From the IMG/VR virus record IMGVR_UViG_3300033490_000001: a DNA stretch of 64,000 bases, one strand, 5' to 3'. Positions 56,959 through 64,000 of the stretch are shown here, one piece after another. This stretch comes from a virus. The notes under the pieces are model-generated. The model saw only the letters and a list, made by a program, of their open reading frames with translations, was not told where the DNA came from and made no database searches. Positions within the stretch are counted from its first letter, which is position 1. Each line of letters begins with the position of its first letter. A program made the translations under genes and the position numbers.

Positions 56959-56988
56959 TACCATCATATCATAGGAGCGAGATGGGTT

Positions 56989-57708
56989 ATGGTTGTTATT
57001 GGCTCTGAAGCTCCGCTTTGGGTCAGTGTGCCTGTCGTTTCTATGCCGACATTCATTGGGACTAGGGATTCAGACCCATACGGTCACACTTTCTACAATT
57101 ACTTCGTTGGAACTTCGATTGATTCGCTCACGCCAGTGGTAGTTATCGATCAAGACGCACCTGAGATAGCATATGCTGTGTCTGAGCGGTTGCTTCCGTT
57201 CGTCCATCCAGACGCTTTGATGCCGTTCGTCCAGACAGCAAAGCTTAGGCTTTTATCGTTTGGTCTTGCACGGAGAGAGCACGTTATACTCACGCGCGAC
57301 GATCCAGCTTCTAGATGGTGGCTTTACGCTCCAATTGCGGAAGTCAACAAGTTCGTGGTTGACGGAGTGTACTACGAAGCGAGCGTGATCAATGGAGACA
57401 TTTACATTGGCGACGATAAAGTGACGCAGCTTGATGGCAATGGTCGAGCGGTTTTACTTATTCCAGCTGAATCGGTTGAAGTTCACTATGCTATTTCAGC
57501 TGTTTCTCCAATAGTCAACGAAGCGATTCAGTATTTCACTGCTGCTGCGTACCTGCGTGCTGCTTCTGACCAGCAAAGTGGCATCTACGAAAGCATCAGA
57601 GTTGGTGCAGTGACATTTAGCTTTAGAACGGTCAAGGAACTAAAGGACAAAGCGCAACAATTGGAGCGGTTAGGGTTTCAGCTTCTAAGGGTTGGTGGGC
57701 GATTATGA
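56989..57708 (+). CDS. Head-tail adaptor-like protein
   Basis: C-terminal AIQYFTAAAYL...ESIRVGAVTFSF, typical of connector proteins; position. Confidence 0.55.
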   Translation: MVVIGSEAPLWVSVPVVSMPTFIGTRDSDPYGHTFYNYFVGTSIDSLTPVVVIDQDAPEIAYAVSERLLPFVHPDALMPFVQTAKLRLLSFGLARREHVILTRDDPASRWWLYAPIAEVNKFVVDGVYYEASVINGDIYIGDDKVTQLDGNGRAVLLIPAESVEVHYAISAVSPIVNEAIQYFTAAAYLRAASDQQSGIYESIRVGAVTFSFRTVKELKDKAQQLERLGFQLLRVGGRL

Positions 57709-58013
57709 TTTCGCTGCCAGCGATAATCGACAGGCACGAGTTTCAAGTCATCAGGGATAATCAGGTATTTGGACCTTTCAAAGGCTGGTTTCAATCGATC
57801 AGATCAACCGCAAGACCATTCTATCTAGTTCCGATCGATGCTGATTATGTGCTTTACATTCGCAAAGAAGCTCTCGGTTCGTTCCAGCTTAGACCAGGTG
57901 ACAGAATCAAGCGGCTGTCTAATGGCGACGAGTTTATAGTGTCTACGCTCCCAGAAGACCCGTCAGGAGAAGGTTGGTTATTTGAAGTCTACCTTCAGTA
58001 TGTGAGGCTTTAA
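57705..58013 (+). CDS. Head closure/stopper-like protein
   Basis: 102 aa; LRPGDRI...EFIV; position. Confidence 0.5.
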   Translation: MISLPAIIDRHEFQVIRDNQVFGPFKGWFQSIRSTARPFYLVPIDADYVLYIRKEALGSFQLRPGDRIKRLSNGDEFIVSTLPEDPSGEGWLFEVYLQYVRL

Positions 58014-58016
58014 GAT

Positions 58017-59687
58017 ATGCCTAGAGCGCGAAAGAGTTTGCCTGTGATTCCGGAATTCATATCTGTAGTCAAAGACATTAACGAGGCTGCTAGGTCATAC
58101 AGAACTAAGGTTAAAGGCGGGTACAAACAAATCGTCACTCCGATGATGCCGCTAGTGCTTCACGGATTCAAGCGTCCAGAAAATCTCTTTGCGACTGATC
58201 CATTCCTCAAAAGTGACCCTAGACCAATTGCGTTCATACGACAAGTTCTTTCTCAAGTTGAAGAAGAGCTTCGAGTCTACGACATCAATGTCAGGAACAT
58301 GCGGGAAATAAAGACGATGATGCCGAGAGTCCAGCTGTTCAAGCGGTGGGCTTCATCACTTGCCACTTCTGCAGCTGGAGAAGTCTTCAACAAGCAAAGG
58401 CTTGTAAAACTCATGGCTGATCACGCTTACAAGCTTCGTCGAGCTGTTGAACTTGAGCCCAGCAAGATGGTCGTTCAGTATGGCAGGACTAGGATGCTGA
58501 CTATGGAAGATTGGCTGACGAAGTTTGTCGAACCAGCGATTTCGTCGCTTACTGATCTTAAACCAGGGTCATTTGGCTTTGTCGTCGACTTTTCTGCAGC
58601 TGGAAACATAAACCAATTTCTCGGAGCGTTCTTTTCAGGACTTGGCAAGAAAAGTTCAGTTCGAAGGCAGATTGAAGCGATAATGGGAGAGATCGGTGGT
58701 CAGTATGTGATTACGCCTGAAGGGATAATGCAACCGATAAAGGGCGGTAGGATGAGAGCGTTTCCACGAGGCAAACTCGAAGCTGCAGCGAACAGAATCT
58801 TCGAGTCGATTTTGATTCCGGCAATGAAAAAACTCTGGGAGGAAGTTGTTAATGATTTCTTCCTTGTTGAGCCAACATCGGTTAGCAGGTGGTTTCCTAA
58901 CAGACCGATGTCTCGGAAAGGACTAAGCAACAGACCTGACTCGCTACGTGCGATGCTACTAACTGGCAAGGTTGACTTGGACTTCACGCAAACCGAAAAG
59001 GGCGTTGTTGGTAAGTTTTGGAACTTCGAGACTGATCGTGCTCCGTATTGGCCGATCGTAGAATACGGCTATCCTGGGACAATTACAGCGAAGCGTGGAA
59101 AGTTCCTGACACTGAAGGATCCAGATCCTGCTTGGTGGCGCAAAGTTCAATGGGCGTTCGGTTTACGCAGGGAAAGTACTGGTCTAATTAGTCGAAGATC
59201 GAAAGAGACGATACTTCACCCGATGACGACCATGAAAGTCAAAGGCGTCGGAGAATTTTATGTCACGAAACAATCGAGGGCTAAGATTCCGCTGCTCATG
59301 CCGTCTGGCGAGCGTTTCGGAATGTCGTTCCATCCATCATTGTTCAAGCCAGGAGCGACCGCTCCTGTTCTACAGAGCTACTATTCTGGCAGCAAACAGA
59401 AATTCAAGCACATTACATATTCATTGACCATCACTCCTACGAAAATCAGGAGAAAGGAAGTCAAAGGTCAGCGAGCTTCTTTGTTCATTGAGCGGCTTGT
59501 CGCCATGATGGCTGAACGCCAGAAGATACTTGAGCGTTCATTCTTTAACGCAGCTTCGGCTTATCTGACCGTTGGCGAGCAAGTATGGCATGACATCGTT
59601 TGGAGATTCAGGCAAACTCACATTCCAAAGCTTGGCGGAAGAATACCGAGAAGATCTAGAGAGTCAACTGGCGGCAATGTTTTCTGA
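58017..59687 (+). CDS. Neck/tail-completion-like protein, enlarged
   Basis: Basic protein with APYWPIVEYG (HK97 gp10-like motif); position. Confidence 0.45.
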   Translation: MPRARKSLPVIPEFISVVKDINEAARSYRTKVKGGYKQIVTPMMPLVLHGFKRPENLFATDPFLKSDPRPIAFIRQVLSQVEEELRVYDINVRNMREIKTMMPRVQLFKRWASSLATSAAGEVFNKQRLVKLMADHAYKLRRAVELEPSKMVVQYGRTRMLTMEDWLTKFVEPAISSLTDLKPGSFGFVVDFSAAGNINQFLGAFFSGLGKKSSVRRQIEAIMGEIGGQYVITPEGIMQPIKGGRMRAFPRGKLEAAANRIFESILIPAMKKLWEEVVNDFFLVEPTSVSRWFPNRPMSRKGLSNRPDSLRAMLLTGKVDLDFTQTEKGVVGKFWNFETDRAPYWPIVEYGYPGTITAKRGKFLTLKDPDPAWWRKVQWAFGLRRESTGLISRRSKETILHPMTTMKVKGVGEFYVTKQSRAKIPLLMPSGERFGMSFHPSLFKPGATAPVLQSYYSGSKQKFKHITYSLTITPTKIRRKEVKGQRASLFIERLVAMMAERQKILERSFFNAASAYLTVGEQVWHDIVWRFRQTHIPKLGGRIPRRSRESTGGNVF

Positions 59688-59710
59688 TACAATTCCGGAG
59701 GCGATCAGTA

Positions 59711-60181
59711 GTGACTGATTTGCAGGAAATTCTCGTCGAGATTCAAAGTCGTGTTTATAACGCGCTGCTTGAGTTCTCTGGCAAAACACCCGAAGTTGCT
59801 GACTTGAATGCTCGCAAAGAACCATCAGGCGTCCCTTATGCCCGTGTCGGGATAGCAGAAGCGGCGCACTCGGATTTTACTGTGTCATCTGATTCGTTGA
59901 TGATCGGCATTCAACTTGTTGCTGTAGTTAGCAGGAACGGCAGGCAGCCTCAGGAAGTTCAGTTTGAGCTTGCCAAAACGCTTCATTTTCATCTATTCGG
60001 CGAGAATTATGAAAATTGCTTGCTTGAACTTTCATCTGGCAGGGTAGCGAGGATAATTCCATCGACGAGAACGACATTTTTTAGTGATGTCGAGCAAGCA
60101 GTAGCTGAGCGAATTCCCGATTGCACTTCAGTTGTAATTGTCTTGACGGTGGAGCTTCCGCTTGGTGGAAAAGTGTTCTGA
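59711..60181 (+). CDS. Tail terminator-like protein
   Basis: 156 aa, directly before the tail tube gene; PYARVG. Confidence 0.5.
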   Translation: MTDLQEILVEIQSRVYNALLEFSGKTPEVADLNARKEPSGVPYARVGIAEAAHSDFTVSSDSLMIGIQLVAVVSRNGRQPQEVQFELAKTLHFHLFGENYENCLLELSSGRVARIIPSTRTTFFSDVEQAVAERIPDCTSVVIVLTVELPLGGKVF

Positions 60182-60294
60182 CGGTTATGCTACCTTTGCG
60201 TTAAAATACTTCTATCGGAAATGTTATGGTTGCCAAATGTAAGCAGCAGAGTCAATCCAGTAGTTGCTGCTGGCATTTTTGAGGTGACAGATCC

Positions 60295-61239
60295 ATGTAC
60301 GCACGATCTAACTACTCATGGGCTGGAATTGCTGTTCAGCCGGCTAAGGGAACAGCTGCGACTATCAGCATGGCGCTTCCACTTGCTGGTGGAGAATCAA
60401 TTGAGCGACAATGGGATTTTCAGTATTCAGAGTTTCCTGACGGTCAAATCTACGATGTCTGGAGCGTCAAGCGTGGCGAATGGGCGCAAGGCGACTTGCC
60501 AGTCTTCCTGCACCCTGACCTGCTTGCGACGCTGAGCGGCATTATGGCACTGCAGTCCGACGGTCAACCGCCGTATGTAACAGCTGTCGTCGGAATCGGT
60601 AACAGGTACACCAAGCAGATCACTGACGCTCGGGTTACCGGTGTCAGGTTCTCGTTCTCACGCCGTGACCTTCCGCAAATCACGTTCACACTTCAAGGTC
60701 GAATGGTGACATTGAGCCCTTCGGCACCGCCAACTGTTATTGCTCTTACAACGCCACCATTCACTCGACAGGAAACGCTAATGTTCGGAACTGTTGTTGC
60801 TGGCGGCGTTCAAAACATCGCCGACGCCGCTTTTGGAACAAGCCACTGGGCGAATTCTTACATCCAATCGGTTGAAGTCAACATTGAGTTCAACCCTATC
60901 GACGCCAACGAATTGATCCCGTTCGGAGACATCTATCCGATCGATGTCTTGACTACTGTGGTTCGAGTTACAGGTAACATGACCCTCTATGCTCCAAATC
61001 CGGTCATTAACGAAATTTTCCAGATCGTTCAAGGTTCAGAGTTCGCGCTTGGAATCTACCTCAAGCGTGGGACGAAGACAGCGAAGCTGACTTTGCGTCG
61101 GTTGATTGCTGAGCGCGCACCAGCTAACGCCAGCGGCGATAAAACATCGCTTGAACAGTTCTCAATTGACTTTCGAGGTCTCGCTCCAATCTTCTCTGGA
61201 ACCGTTTACGCACCATATGATTTCACCGTCGTTCCGTGA
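60295..61239 (+). CDS. Major tail tube protein
   Basis: WAGIAVQPAKGTA...; VTGNMTL; position before chaperone and tape measure. Confidence 0.7.
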   Translation: MYARSNYSWAGIAVQPAKGTAATISMALPLAGGESIERQWDFQYSEFPDGQIYDVWSVKRGEWAQGDLPVFLHPDLLATLSGIMALQSDGQPPYVTAVVGIGNRYTKQITDARVTGVRFSFSRRDLPQITFTLQGRMVTLSPSAPPTVIALTTPPFTRQETLMFGTVVAGGVQNIADAAFGTSHWANSYIQSVEVNIEFNPIDANELIPFGDIYPIDVLTTVVRVTGNMTLYAPNPVINEIFQIVQGSEFALGIYLKRGTKTAKLTLRRLIAERAPANASGDKTSLEQFSIDFRGLAPIFSGTVYAPYDFTVVP

Positions 61240-61283
61240 TGAATTGAGAAGCAATTAAATCTGAACAGAGGAGGCGAAAGGCA

Positions 61284-61814
61284 GTGGAGCAATTTAGCAG
61301 GCAAGAAGTGCTTCAAGCCCTAAGGGCTGCTATTCGGTCTGTCAGGCGCACACCAGTTAGGATTAACTGGCTTGGAGACGACAGGTTTTACATCGAAATC
61401 AGAATTCCGAGGATGGCTGAAAGGCTAGACATTTACATGGCAGCACAGACGGTAATCGGTGGGTTTGGTGGGTCTGACAGGCTGATAGCAGCCATTCAAC
61501 CTTTAATTACACGGTTTCGACTGCCTGCCGAAGATGAGAACGGTGAACTGATGCAGGCAGTCTACAATGAAGAGCCGCTTCCAGACCTGCCCGTCATCCA
61601 GATGACTCCGCAAGACCTATTCTCCGACGATAGTGCATTCAACGCTTCACCGTTGCTAATTCTGATGTTGATAACTGAGCTGATGGAGACTGGTGGCAGA
61701 ACTAGGCTGACATCGGCAGGGATGACTGAACTGATGGAGCTGTTTCCGACAACTGCTCAGAATTCCACAAATTTACTGGAGCAAGGAAGTCTTGGGTTGC
61801 AACGATCTGAGTGA
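61284..61814 (+). CDS. Tail assembly chaperone (G-like)
   Basis: Lies between the tail tube and tape measure genes; GGAGG RBS. Confidence 0.65.
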   Translation: MEQFSRQEVLQALRAAIRSVRRTPVRINWLGDDRFYIEIRIPRMAERLDIYMAAQTVIGGFGGSDRLIAAIQPLITRFRLPAEDENGELMQAVYNEEPLPDLPVIQMTPQDLFSDDSAFNASPLLILMLITELMETGGRTRLTSAGMTELMELFPTTAQNSTNLLEQGSLGLQRSE

Positions 61815-61986
61815 TGACCTTTACCATTGGGTGATGTCGATGTTTTCCGTTTGTCTTGAGCTTGCGTCGGCGCTTGACAAGGAGCATCACGATCGCTGGC
61901 ATCCGATTGTCTGGGAGCTTGCACGGCAGCTAAGGCATGAAGCAGAAGAACTTGCATGGGAGAAGGCTCGTTCATCGCACAGATGA
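61737..61986 (+). CDS. Frameshift extension of the chaperone (GT-like), +1 frame
   Basis: The +1 frame is open from ~61737 to TGA 61986 and has no RBS of its own; candidate slip site TTT-CCG at 61743-61748. Confidence 0.5.
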
Positions 61987-61992
61987 TAGCGT

Positions 61993-64000
61993 ATGGCTCG
62001 TGAACTAATTATTCCGTTCCTGATCACAGCAAACTACCAAACATCGCTGGCGATCAGACAACTTCGTGGCGAGCTCGGTCAGCTTCCAGCAGAGCTCACC
62101 GCCTTGCGGGCTGCTGCTGCGGAAGTCTACGCTATCGGTGCAATGGGTTTGTTCTCGCTTGGAATGCTTGCTGTAGGAGCGCAGCAGCTCGCAAGTTCCT
62201 TACTTGCAGCACAACGAATGGCTGCCCTTGCCGCAGTCGCTTCTAGCCAACATGCTGCTGCTACACTGTTAGCGACAGAAATTCTCCGTGAAGCTGCATC
62301 TGTCTCCCGTGGCAGTGCTGCGTCGCTCGAAGAAATTTCAGCTGCTTATCTAGAAGCCGCACGTGCTGGTCTTAGCCTCTACGAGTCATCGTCGTTATTG
62401 CCTGATGCATTGAAGCTCGCTGTAACCTCCGGTGGCGAAGTCGCTGAGACTTTCAGAATGACGTTCGCAATTTTAAGGAACATGGGCATTCCAATTACAC
62501 AGCAGACCGCCAATGTCCTCACTTCGCAACTGTCCTACGCGTTAGACCAGTCATTGATGGACATTGAAGATGTAATGAACGCGATAAAGTATGTCGGTCC
62601 AATAGCTGGTCAGCTGAGAATTCCTCTCAATGACCTACTCGCTGCTCTGATGCTTTTGCACGATGCTGGCATTCGAGGCTCAATTGCAGGTACTGGGTTG
62701 GCGCGAATGCTCATCAGGCTTGAAGCGCCGACGCAGCAAGCGCGCAGAGCGCTTGCAGAACTCGGGATCAACTGGCAAGAGCTTAGACCTTCTGGTCGGA
62801 ATCTTGCCGATGTTCTCGACATTCTTGCCCAACGAGCCGATGAACTTACAATTAGGTTGCTTCTTGGTGAACGCGCAGAACGAGCGTTCTACGCCATCAT
62901 AACGCAAGGAACTGGCAGGTTGAGAGAATTATCGCAAGAGCTCTACAACGCTGGTTACTCATCTGATTACCTGCAAAAGAAGTTCGAGCAGCTGATGCGC
63001 ACTCCGGCGTTTAGGATGCAGCGTGCAATGGTCGACATCAGAACGATGTCGATGCAGCTTGTCGAACCTCTGGTCAAGCTTCAGCTCATTCTCGCTGAAG
63101 GTCTTAGAGACTTCCTCGCCTTAATTACTTCATCTCCAGCGCTTCAAATAATTGCCAAGATGGTGATCGGGTTTGGAAGCTTAGGTGGCACTATCGCGTT
63201 GGTATCGGCATCGCTTTCATGGCTTATCGGTCGGTTCCTCGAGCTTGGAACAATTTGGCATCACTTGTTGCTCGTTTTAGACAGGCTTCAAGCTGCTGTT
63301 AGAGCATTAACGCTTTCAGCGCTTAAAGCACCGTTTGTTGGAATTTTCGAATTCTTCAGAGCGTTATTTACTGGTGGTGGAATCGAGAGGCTTGCAACTT
63401 GGATTTCGGAGCGCTTGCGAATTTCAGAATTGGCTTCAGCAATAGCGCAGCCACTGGTCTTTCACAGGCGTGCTAGGCGAATCCCGCCAGAACTTCAACC
63501 GCTGCCAGAGTTTCTCGCGCTTCAATTCGGCTCGATGGCTGCTGCTGTCAGAAGGCTTGGAATTCCGATTGAGACTTATCTGATGGCTGCTACTACATTT
63601 GCTGGCATGCGAGCCACAGTCCCTCAATTTCGTGTCTCCAAAGAAGCGATTTCAGAACTGATCCGCGAATACTATGTTACTTTCTTCACAGACGCACTTA
63701 TCCAGCGAGCAGACAGGCTGGCTGAAGCCATAACAGGCGGAGATCAAATGCTGATGCCTATAGTTGCTGGTATTATTAAGAGAAATCTTCCTGCGCGAAT
63801 CATGCGGTTAGCTACTCTCGTCAAAGGCACTGATCTCATCAATTTTGTAATCAATTTGCAGAAAGAGATTGTAAGTGCCATCGCGACTAAAGACATCATA
63901 CTTCAGCCTGCCGAACTGCAACTGATGGGCATTCAACCAGAAGATCTCATCAAGCGAAATCAACTTGCTCAATTGTTTGCATCTGCGATGAATGAGATCA
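61993..64000 (+). CDS. Tail tape measure protein (TP901-type), runs off the window end
   Basis: Manual translation from ATG 61993 gives Ala/Leu-rich helices with MNAIKYVGPIAGQL...GIRGSIAGTGLARMLIRL...ALAELGI. Absent from the ORF track because it has no stop within the window. Confidence 0.92.
   Translation, partial: MARELIIPFLITANYQTSLAIRQLRGELGQLPAELTALRAAAAEVYAIGAMGLFSLGMLAVGAQQLASSLLAAQRMAALAAVASSQHAAATLLATEILREAASVSRGSAASLEEISAAYLEAARAGLSLYESSSLLPDALKLAVTSGGEVAETFRMTFAILRNMGIPITQQTANVLTSQLSYALDQSLMDIEDVMNAIKYVGPIAGQLRIPLNDLLAALMLLHDAGIRGSIAGTGLARMLIRLEAPTQQARRALAELGINWQELRPSGRNLADVLDILAQRADELTIRLLLGERAERAFYAIITQGTGRLRELSQELYNAGYSSDYLQKKFEQLMRTPAFRMQRAMVDIRTMSMQLVEPLVKLQLILAEGLRDFLALITSSPALQIIAKMVIGFGSLGGTIALVSASLSWLIGRFLELGTIWHHLLLVLDRLQAAVRALTLSALKAPFVGIFEFFRALFTGGGIERLATWISERLRISELASAIAQPLVFHRRARRIPPELQPLPEFLALQFGSMAAAVRRLGIPIETYLMAATTFAGMRATVPQFRVSKEAISELIREYYVTFFTDALIQRADRLAEAITGGDQMLMPIVAGIIKRNLPARIMRLATLVKGTDLINFVINLQKEIVSAIATKDIILQPAELQLMGIQPEDLIKRNQLAQLFASAMNEI

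Noticed and set aside
60190-60240. Promoter upstream of the tail tube gene
   Set aside because: -10-like hexamers are present, but no convincing -35 at the correct spacing.
1-64000. Integrase/att sites, tRNA or rRNA genes, IS elements
   Set aside because: No recombinase or transposase motifs, cloverleaf, or rRNA-like sequence recognised by eye; a tRNAscan/HMM run would be needed to exclude divergent cases.

Overview
This 64-kb window looks like one segment of a large tailed dsDNA phage genome with a long non-contractile tail. I saw no integrase, att site, tRNA, rRNA, CRISPR array or host housekeeping gene. Layout: (i) 1-3.9 kb, + strand accessory block: a partial N6-MTase/specificity gene, a BstXI-like endonuclease, a thermonuclease, a lipoprotein and a protease-like protein. 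(ii) 3.9-19 kb, - strand replication/recombination module (SNF2, DnaB, Hjc, beta-clamp, Sak4/AAA_24, Cas4-like, DnaG), interrupted by a + strand metallophosphoesterase with its own promoter. (iii) 19-32.9 kb, about 30 small - strand early-type genes, many in tandem paralog pairs, with repeated hairpin leaders and terminators, ending in a G/T-rich telomere-like repeat array. (iv) 33-37.4 kb, + strand operon: HTH, GNAT, TGT/DpdA-like transglycosylase, ParB-like. (v) A strongly structured non-coding region at 37.35-37.9 kb. (vi) 38-64 kb, morphogenesis: fibre-like genes, terminase, portal, protease, capsid, neck, tail tube, tail assembly chaperone and tape measure (runs off the window). The most interesting signals are: a GNAT+TGT DNA-modification cassette with no preQ0 synthesis genes in the window; DNA-processing enzymes (ligase-Dam-like MTase-phosphoesterase and protease-nucleotidyltransferase fusions) embedded in the head module; a ~5 kb GATC-free zone around the divergence point; the G4-capable repeat array; and a rod-like candidate ncRNA. 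All calls come from motif recognition by eye; no database searches were run. Strong GGAGGTG ribosome-binding sites and E/R/K/V-rich proteins suggest, by inference only, a thermophilic bacterial host.
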